From positions 1,935,339 through 1,999,338 of the forward strand of contig CAWDCL010000004.1 of assembly GCA_963800865.1 (NCBI GenBank): a DNA stretch of 64,000 bases, in the 5' to 3' direction. The translations under genes were made by a program, and so were the position numbers. Each line of letters opens with the position of its first letter. The stretch's first letter is position 1. The stretch comes from an uncultured Acidobacteriota bacterium (lineage in GTDB: Bacteria > Acidobacteriota > Polarisedimenticolia > J045). The notes beneath the pieces are model-generated. The model had not been told where the DNA came from. It did no database searches and saw nothing but the letters and a program-made list of their open reading frames with translations. Below are positions 52,321 to 62,555 of this stretch, piece by piece.

Positions 52321-52854
52321 TCAGTCCAGCGGCTTCGCCTCGATCGTCAGGCTCGTCACTGCCCCCTTGATGTCCGAGAAGCGCGCCACCGTCAGCGGCT
52401 TGCCGGGGACGAGCAGCACGTTCAGCTCCTGGCGGAAGGTCGTGACGATCGGCTGCTCGGGGGCGCCCGGAGCAGGACCGCGCAGCGAGGAGTCATCGCA
52501 CGCGCCTTCGACCACGATCCGTCCGTCCTTCAGCCGATCGCACTTCAGGTACGCCACGAACCCGACGTTCTGGTAGGTGAAGCTGGTGTCGTGACCGGCG
52601 TGGCCCCCTTCTCGGACGCCGCATTGAAGGTCGTCGCCGGGATCGGGAAGCGCGTTCCGACCGTGAGCTTGGTCCGCTCGCCCGAGCGACAGACCATCGA
52701 GAAAGTCCTGGCCTGCTCGGGCTTGCCTTCGCGCTCGGCGGCGACGCTGATCGTGAGCTGGATGTTCTCGGGGGTGGGAGAGGATTGCGCGAGGGCGAGG
52801 GGCGGCGCAGAGTGCGGCGCAGAGCAGGGCGAGGACGGTCGCGCGGGTCGGCAT
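52321..52854 (-). CDS. Small secreted protein with a secretin-like beta domain (two apparent compensating frameshifts)
   Basis: GGAGG SD and signal peptide; reconstructed KLTVGTRFPIPATT...TSFTYQNVGF...DGRIVV motif resembles the secretin core. Confidence 0.6.
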   Translation of the reverse strand: MPTRATVLALLCAALCAAPRPRAILSHPREHPAHDQRRRRARRQARAGQDFLDGLSLGRADQAHGRNALPDPGDDLQCGVREGGHAGHDTSFTYQNVGFVAYLKCDRLKDGRIVVEGACDDSSLRGPAPGAPEQPIVTTFRQELNVLLVPGKPLTVARFSDIKGAVTSLTIEAKPLD

Positions 52855-52933
52855 CGTCGAGATCCTCCAGCGCGCGTCCGGCGCGCTCGATGAGACTACG
52901 GACCGGCGCCGCGCCGTGTCTAGTTCGAGCGGC

Positions 52934-53857
52934 TCAGGCGCGGCGCGCCGTCGCCGCCAGCCAGGCCGCGCCGCGCACCCCGCTGGCATCGCCGTGGGCC
53001 GGCGGCAGCAGGCGCGTGTCGACGCGGTCGGAGAAGACCCACTGCGACCAGAGCGCGGGCACCCGCTCGGTGAGCTGCGGCAGCCGCGAAAGCCCGCCAC
53101 CGAGCACGATCGCGTCGGGATCGAGCAGGTTGACGACGTGCGCCAGCGCGCGCGCGAGGCGCTCGGCGTGGCGCTCGAGCGCCAGCGCGCACGCCGCGTC
53201 GCCGGCCGCGGCGCGGGCCGCGATCTCGGCAGCGGAGAGCGCGGCGCCGTCCGCGCTCCCGGTCGCCCGCGCGTGATCGCGCGCGAGCCCCGGTCCCGAG
53301 AGGAAGGTCTCGATGCAGCCGGCGCGCCCGCACCAGCAGGGCGGGCCGGGCCGCTCGTCGTCCCGCGGCCAGGGGAGGGGATTGTGGCCCCACTCGCCCG
53401 CGATCGCGTTGGGGCCGGCGAGCAGCCGCCCGTCGACGACGATCCCGCCGCCGACGCCGGTCCCGAGGATCACGCCGAAGACGACGCGCGCGCCCGCGCC
53501 CGCGCCATCGGTCGCCTCGGAGAGCGCGAAGCAGTCGGCGTCGTTCGCCAGCGCCACCGGCCGGCCGAGCGCTCGCTCCACGTCGCGCCGGAAGGGGCGC
53601 CCGTTGAGCCAGGTCGAGTTGGCGTTCTTCACCAGCCCGGTCGCCGGCGAGATCGCCCCAGGCATCCCGATCCCGACGCGGCAGCGCGCCATCACCTCGT
53701 GCTCGAAGCCCTGGACCAGCTCGGCGATCGCAGCCAGCGTCGCCTCGTAGTCGCCCCGCGGCGTCGGCACGCGGCGCCGCGCCAGCTCGGTCCCGTCGGG
53801 TGCGAGCGCGATCCCCTCGATCTTCGTGCCGCCGAGATCGATCCCGACCCGGTTCAT
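52934..53857 (-). CDS. ROK family sugar kinase (Mak/fructokinase-like)
   Basis: GIDLGGTK, NDA, GTGVGGG, GEWGH, CWCG..GCIE, GDASGVRGAA. Confidence 0.93.
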   Translation of the reverse strand: MNRVGIDLGGTKIEGIALAPDGTELARRRVPTPRGDYEATLAAIAELVQGFEHEVMARCRVGIGMPGAISPATGLVKNANSTWLNGRPFRRDVERALGRPVALANDADCFALSEATDGAGAGARVVFGVILGTGVGGGIVVDGRLLAGPNAIAGEWGHNPLPWPRDDERPGPPCWCGRAGCIETFLSGPGLARDHARATGSADGAALSAAEIAARAAAGDAACALALERHAERLARALAHVVNLLDPDAIVLGGGLSRLPQLTERVPALWSQWVFSDRVDTRLLPPAHGDASGVRGAAWLAATARRA

Positions 53858-54552
53858 GCGACGAGCCCTTCCCGCGCCGCTGCCGCCCGGGCGGCGGACG
53901 CGAACGCGCGGACGCGGTCGAGACTCTTGCGGCCGGCGGCGTCCTCCACCCCGGTGTGGGCGTCGACCCCGGCCGGCCGCACCGCGGCGACCGCCGCGGC
54001 CACGTTTGCGGGGGTCAGCCCCCCGGCAAGGATCAGCGGGCGCGGCGAACGCGAAGCGAGCCGGGCGCTCACGCCCCAGTCGTGCGTCCGGCCGGTGGCG
54101 CCGCGGGCGCCGCTGGCGGGGTCGAAGGTGTCGGTGACGAACGCGTCGACGAGCGGGGCGAGGCGCGCGACGCGCTCGGCGAGCAGCTCTTCCGGCGCCG
54201 CGCCGATCACGAGGCTCTTCCAGAGCGCGAGCTCCGGCGCGAGCCGTCGCAGCTCGACGATCTCGTCCCTCGCCGGCTCGCCGTGGAGCTGGACGGTGCG
54301 GGCCCCGATCGCGCGCGCCAGCGCGGCGATCTCGTCGGCGCGCTCGAGGTAGGTGATCAGCACGGCGTCGATCCCGGGCGGGAGCGTGGCCACGAGCGCT
54401 GCGGCGGAACGCTCGTCGCAGTCCTCGGCGTGGACCGGCAGCCGCAGCGGAAAGCCGACGTGTGTCGCGCCCCCCTCGACCGCGGCGCGGAGATCGGCCG
54501 CGCCGGCGATCCCGGCGACCTGGATCACGAAGCGCCCGGCGGGCCGCGGCAC
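53854..54552 (-). CDS. Phosphoribosylanthranilate isomerase (TrpF)-like protein
   Basis: VQLHGE, D...G.TG.THDW, LILAGGLTPANV, GVD..TGVE...G.K; the N-terminal KICG is replaced by QVAG. Confidence 0.85.
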   Translation of the reverse strand: MPRPAGRFVIQVAGIAGAADLRAAVEGGATHVGFPLRLPVHAEDCDERSAAALVATLPPGIDAVLITYLERADEIAALARAIGARTVQLHGEPARDEIVELRRLAPELALWKSLVIGAAPEELLAERVARLAPLVDAFVTDTFDPASGARGATGRTHDWGVSARLASRSPRPLILAGGLTPANVAAAVAAVRPAGVDAHTGVEDAAGRKSLDRVRAFASAARAAAAREGLVA

Positions 54553-54553
54553 G

Positions 54554-55267
54554 TCAGCGACCTTGGCGCGCGCCGTCGCGCGCGGAGGGTCCGAGCGTGA
54601 CCAGCGGCGCGAGGTAGGTAATGACGTGCTGCGCCACGATCCGCTGCCCCTCGGCGGTCGGGTGGATCCCGTCGGCCTGGTTGAGCTCCGGGTGCCCGGC
54701 GACCCCTTCGAGCAGGAACGGCACCAGCGGGAGATCGAGCTTCCGGGCCAGCCGCGGGTAGATCGCGGCGAAGCCGCTGGCGTATTCGCCGCCGTAGTTG
54801 GGCGGCATCAGCATCCCGGCCAGCAGCACCCGCGCCCCGGCGCCGCGCGCCTTGGCGACGATCGCGGCCAGGTTGGCTTCGATCGCTTCGAGCGGCTGCC
54901 CGCGCAGCCCGTCGTTGGCACCCAGCGCGACGACGACCACCTGCGGCCGGTTCTTCAGCACCCAGTCGAGGCGCCGCAGGCCGCCGGCCGTGGTGTCGCC
55001 CGAGACGCCGGCATTGACCGCGCGGATCGGCGTGCCGCGCTCGGCGAGGGCGGCGGCAACGAGCGCCGGGAAGGCCTCGTCCGCGGCCAGGCCGTAGCCG
55101 GCGGTCAGGCTGTCGCCGAGAAAGACGATGACCGGCGGCGATCCGGCGGCCGGGGCGGGGGCGGGAGAGGGCGGCGCCTGGGCCGCCGCGAATCCGGGCG
55201 CGGGGCCCGGCGCGAGGGCGGCCGCGCCGGCCAGGCTGGCGACGATCGCGAAGCGGCGATACAACAT
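54554..55267 (-). CDS. tesA: GDSL/SGNH arylesterase (TesA-like), exported
   Basis: Signal peptide; GDSLTAGYGL, NAGVSGDTT, LGANDGLRG, QADGIHP. Confidence 0.92.
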   Translation of the reverse strand: MLYRRFAIVASLAGAAALAPGPAPGFAAAQAPPSPAPAPAAGSPPVIVFLGDSLTAGYGLAADEAFPALVAAALAERGTPIRAVNAGVSGDTTAGGLRRLDWVLKNRPQVVVVALGANDGLRGQPLEAIEANLAAIVAKARGAGARVLLAGMLMPPNYGGEYASGFAAIYPRLARKLDLPLVPFLLEGVAGHPELNQADGIHPTAEGQRIVAQHVITYLAPLVTLGPSARDGARQGR

Positions 55268-55291
55268 CCAGCCCTCCCGGAAACCGTGACG

Positions 55292-55987
55292 ATGAACCCC
55301 GTGCCGCGCCTCGAACTCCGCCGCCTGACGCGCCGCCTGCCGTCGGGCGGGCGCGAGCTGACGATTCTAGACAGCGTCGACCTCTCCATCGACCCCGGCG
55401 AGTGCGTCGCGATCCTCGGGCCGTCCGGGAGCGGCAAGTCGACGATGCTGGCCCTGATGGCCGGGCTCGACCGGCCCTCCGCGGGCGAGGTCCTGATCGA
55501 CGGCGCCCCGATCCAGGATCTCTCCGAGGACGCCCTCGCGCTGCTGCGCCGCCGGACGATCGGCTTCGTCTTCCAGTCCTACCAGCTGCTCGCCAACCTG
55601 ACCGCCCTCGAGAACGTGATGCTGCCGGTGGAGCTCGCCGGCGCCGCCGACGCCCCCGCGCGGGCCGGCGCGCTCCTGGCCGAGGTCGGGCTGGCCGAGC
55701 GGGGGCACCACTATCCCTCGCAGCTCTCGGGCGGGGAACAGCAGCGGGTCGCGCTGGCCCGCGCCTTCGCCGCCGCGCCGCCGCTGCTGCTGGCCGACGA
55801 GCCGACGGGAAACCTCGACAGCGCGACCGGGGCGCGCGTGCTCGACACGCTGATGGCGCTGCGCGCGCGGCACGGCACGACGCTGGTGATGGTCACGCAC
55901 GACCCCGCGATCGCCGCCCGCGCCGACCGGCAGGTTCACCTGCGCGACGGCCGGATCGAGCGCATCACGGCGGGCGGCGCGGCGTGA
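55292..55987 (+). CDS. ABC transporter ATP-binding protein (YbbA-like)
   Basis: GPSGSGKST, LSGGEQQRVA, LADEPTGNLD, VTHD; divergent from tesA as in the known tesA/ybbAP arrangement. Confidence 0.93.
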   Translation: MNPVPRLELRRLTRRLPSGGRELTILDSVDLSIDPGECVAILGPSGSGKSTMLALMAGLDRPSAGEVLIDGAPIQDLSEDALALLRRRTIGFVFQSYQLLANLTALENVMLPVELAGAADAPARAGALLAEVGLAERGHHYPSQLSGGEQQRVALARAFAAAPPLLLADEPTGNLDSATGARVLDTLMALRARHGTTLVMVTHDPAIAARADRQVHLRDGRIERITAGGAA

Positions 55988-58536
55988 GGCTGCGCGCGTT
56001 CGGCGCCTACGCCCGGCGCGAGGCGCGCGGCGCCCTGGGGCGGATGGTCTTCTTCGCCGCCTGCCTGTCGGTCGGCGTGGCGGCGATCGTCGCGGTCGCG
56101 GGGCTCTCGCGCGGCCTCGCCGACGGGATCCGGGGCGAGGCCCGCGCGCTGCTCGCGGCCGACCTCGTCGTCTCGGGGAGCCGCCCGATCCCGCCCGAGC
56201 TCGATGCGCTGCTCGCCGGCACTCCCGGGGTGCGCCGCACCGACGTCCGCGAGCTGGCGACGATGGCGGCGGCCCCGGGGGCCGACGGCGCCCCCGGCCG
56301 CAGCCTGCTGGTGCAGCTCAAGGCGGTCGACGGCGCCTACCCGTTCTACGGCCGGCTCGAGCTCGATCCGCCGCGGCCGCTCGGGGAGCTGCTCGCCGCG
56401 GACGCGGCCGTGATCGGCCCCGAGCTCGCCAGCCGGCTCGAGCTCTCCGTTGGCGACGCGCTGCTGCTCGGCGGGGAGCGGTTCCGCGTCGCCGGGATCG
56501 TCCGCTCGGAGCCCGATCGCGTCGTGGCCGGCTTCTCGATCGGGCCGCGCGTGTTCCTGAGCGGCGCCGGATTGACCCGCGCGGGCCTCGACACGCGCGG
56601 CAGCCGCGTCGAGCACAAGGCGCTGCTGGCGCTGTCCGGCGACCCGCCCGAGGCGGTCGACGCGCTCGCGGAGCGGATCCGGTCCGGGCTCCCGGACGCG
56701 ACCTGGTTCGACGTCGACACCTACCGCGAAGGGCAGCCGGCGCTGCGCGAGGGGCTGAAGCGCGCGGAGCGTTTCCTCGGGCTGGTCGCGCTGCTGTCGC
56801 TGCTGGTCGGCGGGATCGGCGTCGCGCAGTCGGCCCGGGCCTGGATCGCCGGGCGGCTCGACGCGATCGCGGTGCTGCGCGCGCTCGGGGTGCGGCCGCG
56901 CGAGGTCTTCTCGATCTACTTCGCGGAGGCGGCGCTGCTGGGGCTCGCCGGGAGCCTGGCCGGGGCCCTGCTCGGGCTGGGCCTCTCCGCGCTCGCACCG
57001 CTGCTGCTGCGGGACCTGCTGCCGGCGGTGCCGGTGCGCTTCTTCAGCCCGCTCGCGATGCTGCGCGGCGTGGCACTCGGGACGATCGTCGCCGCGGCCT
57101 TCAGCGTGCCGTCCCTGGCTGCCGTCTGGCGCGTGCCGCCGGTCCGCGTGCTGCGCCGCGATGCCGAGCCGCTGCGCACGCCGTGGCCGGTCCGGCTGGC
57201 GCTCGGAGCGATCGTGCTGAGCGGCGTCCTCGCGGCCGCCTGGGCGCAGGCCGGCTCGCTGCGCACCGCGGCCGCCTTCACGGCCGGGATCGCGGCGACG
57301 GTCGCCGCCCTCGCGGCCGGCGCGTGGGCCGTCGCGCGCCTGGTCGGACGCGGGCCGCGCGGCGCGGCGCCGGTCTGGGTGCGCCACGGCCTGGCGGCGC
57401 TGGCCCGGCCGGGCGCGGCGACGCTGGGGGCGATCGTCGCGCTCGGCCTCGGCGTGACGGTCGTGCTGGCGATGCAGATCGTGCAGTCGCGGCTGGCCGG
57501 GCAACTCGGTGCGGACGTCCCGACCTCGGCCCCGACCGCCTTCATCGTCGACATCCAGCCCGACCAATGGGGCGCGCTCCGCGCGCAGCTGGAGAGCGAG
57601 GGGGCGGAGGGGATCGAGAGCGCGCCGGTCGTCGTCGGACGCCTCGCCGCGATCGACGGCAAGCCGCTCGCGGAGATCGCCGATCCGAAGACGAAGCCGA
57701 GCGACTGGGAGGACGGCCGGCGCCGCTGGGCGCTGACCCGCGAGCAGCGCATCACCTACCGCGCCGGGCTGCCGGACGGAAACGAGCTGGTCGCCGGCAC
57801 GCTCTGGTCGGATCCGGACCACCCGGAGCTGTCGGTCGAGGAAGAGTTCGCACGCCAGCTCGGCGTCGGCGTGGGGTCGTCGCTCACGCTCGACGTGCAG
57901 GGGGTCGCGCTCGAGTTCCGGGTGACGAGCATCCGCCGGATCGAATGGAAGACCTTCGGCATCAACTTCTTCCTGCTGGCCGAGCCGGGCTCGCTCGACG
58001 ACGCGCCGCAGTTCCGGCTGGCGACGCTGCGCCTGCCGGCGGATCGCGAGCTGGCGGTGCAGGACCGGCTCGCCGCGGCCTTTCCCAACGTCACGCTGAT
58101 CAACGTGCGGCAGATCCTGGACCGGGTCTCCACGGTGATCGGGCGGATCGGCCAGGCCGTTCGGTTCCTGGGGCTGTTCACCGTCGTGGCCGGGGTACTG
58201 ATCCTGGCCGGTGCGGTAGGCGCGACGGCGGCCCGGCGCGCGCAGGAGGTGGCCGTGTTGAAGACGCTCGGCATGACCCGCGCCGGCGTTGCGGCGGTCT
58301 TCTCGCTGGAGTACGCGCTGGTCGGGCTGGTCGCCGGGACGATCGGTGCGGTCGGCGCCGCGGCGCTGGCGTGGGCGGTGCTGACGCGCGGGATGGAGAT
58401 CGCCTGGCGCTGGCCGTGGGGAACGCTCGCCGCGGGGGTCGTCCTGGCCGTGCTCCTCTCCGTCGCCGCGGGGCTGGGCGCCAGCCGCGGGGCGCTGGCC
58501 CGGCGGCCGATCGAGGTCCTGCGCGCGGAGCTGTGA
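55984..58536 (+). CDS. ABC transporter permease (YbbP/FtsX-like, duplicated)
   Basis: ARALLAADL, KAVDGAYPFYG, AFIVDIQPDQ, INFF, FPNVT; two FtsX-type TM blocks. Confidence 0.9.
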   Translation: MRLRAFGAYARREARGALGRMVFFAACLSVGVAAIVAVAGLSRGLADGIRGEARALLAADLVVSGSRPIPPELDALLAGTPGVRRTDVRELATMAAAPGADGAPGRSLLVQLKAVDGAYPFYGRLELDPPRPLGELLAADAAVIGPELASRLELSVGDALLLGGERFRVAGIVRSEPDRVVAGFSIGPRVFLSGAGLTRAGLDTRGSRVEHKALLALSGDPPEAVDALAERIRSGLPDATWFDVDTYREGQPALREGLKRAERFLGLVALLSLLVGGIGVAQSARAWIAGRLDAIAVLRALGVRPREVFSIYFAEAALLGLAGSLAGALLGLGLSALAPLLLRDLLPAVPVRFFSPLAMLRGVALGTIVAAAFSVPSLAAVWRVPPVRVLRRDAEPLRTPWPVRLALGAIVLSGVLAAAWAQAGSLRTAAAFTAGIAATVAALAAGAWAVARLVGRGPRGAAPVWVRHGLAALARPGAATLGAIVALGLGVTVVLAMQIVQSRLAGQLGADVPTSAPTAFIVDIQPDQWGALRAQLESEGAEGIESAPVVVGRLAAIDGKPLAEIADPKTKPSDWEDGRRRWALTREQRITYRAGLPDGNELVAGTLWSDPDHPELSVEEEFARQLGVGVGSSLTLDVQGVALEFRVTSIRRIEWKTFGINFFLLAEPGSLDDAPQFRLATLRLPADRELAVQDRLAAAFPNVTLINVRQILDRVSTVIGRIGQAVRFLGLFTVVAGVLILAGAVGATAARRAQEVAVLKTLGMTRAGVAAVFSLEYALVGLVAGTIGAVGAAALAWAVLTRGMEIAWRWPWGTLAAGVVLAVLLSVAAGLGASRGALARRPIEVLRAEL

Positions 58537-58542
58537 GCGGGC

Positions 58543-59937
58543 TCAGGTCTCGATGTCGTCCAGCCGGTTCTCGAAGCGCGTGAACTGCTTGACGAAGAAG
58601 AGCGGGACGTACCCGGTCGGGCCGTTGCGCTGCTTGGCGACGATGATCTCCGCCATCCCCTCCAGCCCCTTCTCGACGACCTTCGCGTCGTCCTTCTCGT
58701 AGACTTCCGGCCGGTAGATGAAGACCACCACGTCGGCGTCCTGCTCGATCGCGCCCGACTCGCGCAGGTCCGAGAGCTGCGGCTTGTGGTCGCCCTGGCG
58801 CTGGTCGGGGGCGCGCGAGAGCTGGGAGAGCGCGATCACCGGGACGTTCAGTTCCTTGGCCAGCCCCTTCATCGCGCCGCTGATCTCGGAGATCTCCTGC
58901 TGCCGGCTCTCGACCCGCCGCTCCGAGCGCATCAGCTGCAGGTAGTCGACGACGACCAGGTCGAGGCCGTGCTCGGCCTTCAGACGCCGGGCCTTGGCCC
59001 GGATCTCCATCGGCGTCACCGCCGAGGAGTCGTCGATGTAGAGCCGGGTGCGATCGTAGGTCTCGAACGCGGCGACGAGCCGGTCCCATTCCTCGCGGTT
59101 GAGCCGCCCGGTGCGCAGCTTGTAGAGGTCGATCCGGCCCTCGCCGCAGAGCAGGCGGTAGAACAGCTGCTTGGCCGCCATTTCGAGCGAGAAGATCGCG
59201 ACCGACGCGCGCTCGTGGACCGCCGCGTGCTGGGCCATGTTGAGCGCCAGCGTCGTCTTGCCCATCGACGGCCGCGCGGCGAGGATGATCAGGTCGCCGC
59301 CCTGCAGCCCGGCGGTCATCTGGTCGAACTTGGTGTAGCCGGTGGCGAGGCCGGTGATCGCCTCGCGCTTCTCCGCCATCTCCTCGATCGAGCGCAGGGC
59401 CTCGTGGGCGATGCTCTGGACCGGCACGAGCCCGCCGCGCCGGCCGGTTTCCTGCAGCCGGAAGAAGCGCTGCATCGCCTCGTCGAGGATCTCGACCGCC
59501 GGGCGGCCGGCGGCCGCCGACTCGGCCCGCAGCGAGTCGGCCAGGTGGAGGGTCTGGCGCAGCAGCGACCGGTCGTGAACGATCCGGGCGTAGACCGCGG
59601 CGTTCGTGGCCCGCGGCAGGCCGTCGATCAGCGAGGCGACGTAGGCCGAGCCCCCCGCGCGTTCCAGCGTCGTCTGCCGGTCCATCTCGGCGCAGACGGT
59701 GACGGCGTCGATCGCCTCCGCCCGGCGGGAGAGCGCGACCATCGCCTCGAAGACGCGGCGGTGCGACTCGCGGTGGAAGTCCTCCGGATTGAGGATTTCC
59801 AGGGCCGGGTCGAGCGCGGCCGGCTCGAGCAGCACGGCTCCCAGCACGGCCCGCTCGGCCTGCTCGTCCCACGGGAGTCGAAGGTCCCCGCGTTCGGCGG
59901 CGGGGCCGCCGGATGGTGTCGGTGCCGGAGCGCTCAT
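58543..59937 (-). CDS. dnaB: Replicative DNA helicase DnaB
   Basis: AERAVLGA, AARPSMGKT, FSLEM, VDYLQLM, LSQLSR, SDLRESGAIEQDAD, KQRNGP. Confidence 0.97.
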   Translation of the reverse strand: MSAPAPTPSGGPAAERGDLRLPWDEQAERAVLGAVLLEPAALDPALEILNPEDFHRESHRRVFEAMVALSRRAEAIDAVTVCAEMDRQTTLERAGGSAYVASLIDGLPRATNAAVYARIVHDRSLLRQTLHLADSLRAESAAAGRPAVEILDEAMQRFFRLQETGRRGGLVPVQSIAHEALRSIEEMAEKREAITGLATGYTKFDQMTAGLQGGDLIILAARPSMGKTTLALNMAQHAAVHERASVAIFSLEMAAKQLFYRLLCGEGRIDLYKLRTGRLNREEWDRLVAAFETYDRTRLYIDDSSAVTPMEIRAKARRLKAEHGLDLVVVDYLQLMRSERRVESRQQEISEISGAMKGLAKELNVPVIALSQLSRAPDQRQGDHKPQLSDLRESGAIEQDADVVVFIYRPEVYEKDDAKVVEKGLEGMAEIIVAKQRNGPTGYVPLFFVKQFTRFENRLDDIET

Positions 59938-59994
59938 GATCAAACCGTGACCCCGCCGGGAGAGTATCGGCGGACGGCATAGAATACCCCTGTC

Positions 59995-60367
<373 letters not shown>

Positions 60368-60411
60368 GACACCTTTCGCCGGCCGGGCTCACGAGGAGGA
60401 CGCCGAGCGCC

Positions 60412-61641
60412 ATGATCGACCTGGCCACGCTGCACGACGACGTCGCCGCGGAGGTGGCGCGGCAGGCCCCCCGCCTGGCCACGCTGGCCCGCGACCTGCA
60501 CCTGTCGCCCGAGCTGGGCTGCAGCGAGTTCCACGCGGTGACGCTGCTCTCGGGGACGCTCGAGGAGGAGGGGTTCCAGGTCGAGACCGGGATCGCCGGG
60601 CTGCCCACCGCGTTTCGCGCCGAGCGACGGGTCGGGGAAGGCCCGGCCGTCGCGTTCCTGGCCGAGTACGACGCGCTGCCGAATCTCGGTCACGCCTGCG
60701 GCCACAACCTGATCGGGGCCGCGGCCTGCGGGGCGGCGATCGGGCTGGCCCGGGTGCTCGGAGTCGTACCGGGGAGCGTGGTCGTCTTCGGCGCCCCGGC
60801 CGAGGAGACGATCGGCGGCAAGGTCGTGCTGGCGACGCGCGGCGCGTTCGACGGGATCGACGTGGCGCTGCTGGCTCACCCGGGGAGCGAGGACCGCGCC
60901 GCGGTGACGAGCCTCGCCTCCTGGTCGGTCGAGGTCACCTTCCACGGCCGGACGGCCCACGCGGTCGCGTCGCCGGAGCAGGGGATCAACGCGCTCGACG
61001 CGATGATCCAGCTCTTCATCGCCCGCGACGCGCTGCTCAAGGCGCTGCGGCCCGAGGTCCGGATGCCGGGCGTGATCCTCGAGGGCGGGGTGCGCGCCAA
61101 CGTGGTCCCGGACCGCGCGCGCGCGCGGTTCAGCCTGCGCGCGGCCGATGCGGAGTACCTCGTCGAGACCGTGGCCGCGCGATTCCGCGGCGTGGTCGAC
61201 GGCGTCGCCCGCGCGAGCGGCACCAGCGCGACGATCGTGCCGATCGACAACCTCTACGACGAAATGGTGAGCAACCCGGTGCTGGCGGCAGCCTACGAGG
61301 TCGAAGCGCGGCGGGCCGGGCTCGACCCGCGCCCCGGACCCGGCGGGACGATCGGCTCGCTCGACATGGGGACGCTCTCGCACCTCGTGCCGGCGCTGCA
61401 CCCGACCTTCCGCATCACCGGGCAGCCGGTCCCCACGCACACCCCCGAGTTCACCCGGGCCGCGGGCTCGCCGCTGGCGATCGAGGCCACCGGCCGCGCG
61501 GCGCTGGCCCTGGCCCGGACCGGTCTGGCCGTGCTGAGCGACCCGGACCTGCTGGCGCGGGCGCAGGCTGCGCATCGCGCGGCGATCGGGGCCTGGCGGC
61601 GGATCGACGCGCCGGTCATCACGGAGCAGGGCGGGCCGTGA
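60412..61641 (+). CDS. M20 family amidohydrolase (ACY1L2-like)
   Basis: PELG..E, AEYDAL, GHACGHN, PAEE..GGK, GINALDA, GSLDMG. Confidence 0.92.
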   Translation: MIDLATLHDDVAAEVARQAPRLATLARDLHLSPELGCSEFHAVTLLSGTLEEEGFQVETGIAGLPTAFRAERRVGEGPAVAFLAEYDALPNLGHACGHNLIGAAACGAAIGLARVLGVVPGSVVVFGAPAEETIGGKVVLATRGAFDGIDVALLAHPGSEDRAAVTSLASWSVEVTFHGRTAHAVASPEQGINALDAMIQLFIARDALLKALRPEVRMPGVILEGGVRANVVPDRARARFSLRAADAEYLVETVAARFRGVVDGVARASGTSATIVPIDNLYDEMVSNPVLAAAYEVEARRAGLDPRPGPGGTIGSLDMGTLSHLVPALHPTFRITGQPVPTHTPEFTRAAGSPLAIEATGRAALALARTGLAVLSDPDLLARAQAAHRAAIGAWRRIDAPVITEQGGP

Positions 61642-62549
61642 AGCGTCGTGTGCCACCGCCGGTCCCACCCGGGGGACGGATCGCGGTCGTGGCGCCGGGA
61701 TCGTCGCTGCGGGACCCGGACGCGGTGCGAGCCGGGATGCGGCGCCTGGCGGGCTGGGGCTACGAGCCGGTCCCCGGGCGGTTCCTCTTCTCGCGCCAGG
61801 GAGACCTTGCCGGCCGCGATCCCGAGCGCCTCGCCGACCTGGCCTGGGCGCTGACCGACCCGTCGATCGACGCGGCGTGGGCGGCGCGCGGGGGCTGGGG
61901 AACGGCTCGCCTGCTGTCCGGTCTGGATTTCGGCGGACTGGTCCGGCGGCCGCGCTGGCTGATCGGTTTCTCGGACCTGACATCCCTCCAGCTCGCGCTC
62001 TTCCAGCGCGGCGTCGCTTCCTGGTATGCGCCGACCGTGGCCGATCTTGCGGACCCGCGGCGATTCGGCGCCGCCGACCTGCGCGCGATGCTCGCGTCGC
62101 CGCAGGCCCCGCGCACCCTGCGCGGCCGGGCCATTCCCGGCTCACGGAAGCGCGTCGCAGGCCCGCTCGCCGGCGGCTGCCTGTCGCTCCTCGCCGCGGC
62201 CGCGGGGACGCCGTGGCAGCCCGACCTGCGGGGCGCCGTCGTCTTCCTCGAGGAGGTCGGCGAGGCGCCGTACCGCGTCGACCGCCTGCTGTGGCAGGTC
62301 CGCGCGGCGGGGATGCTGGACGGCATCGCCGGCCTGGCCCTCGGGCAGTTCACGGCCTGCAACCCGCTCCCGGGACGCGCTTCGCGACCGCTCTCGGCCG
62401 TGCTGCGCGAGCACGTCGAGGCGCTGGGTGTTCCGGCGCTGTCGGGACTGCCGATCGGCCACGGTCCGCGGGCCCGCGCGGTGCCGATCGGGTACCGCGC
62501 GACGCTCGATCCCGGCGGCGGGACCCTGAGCCTGCGTCCTCCGGGCTGA
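61638..62549 (+). CDS. LD-carboxypeptidase (S66 family)
   Basis: RGGWG, GFSD (Ser), LEEVGE (Glu), IGHG (His) triad. Confidence 0.9.
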   Translation: MKRRVPPPVPPGGRIAVVAPGSSLRDPDAVRAGMRRLAGWGYEPVPGRFLFSRQGDLAGRDPERLADLAWALTDPSIDAAWAARGGWGTARLLSGLDFGGLVRRPRWLIGFSDLTSLQLALFQRGVASWYAPTVADLADPRRFGAADLRAMLASPQAPRTLRGRAIPGSRKRVAGPLAGGCLSLLAAAAGTPWQPDLRGAVVFLEEVGEAPYRVDRLLWQVRAAGMLDGIAGLALGQFTACNPLPGRASRPLSAVLREHVEALGVPALSGLPIGHGPRARAVPIGYRATLDPGGGTLSLRPPG

Positions 62550-62555
62550 CGCCCG

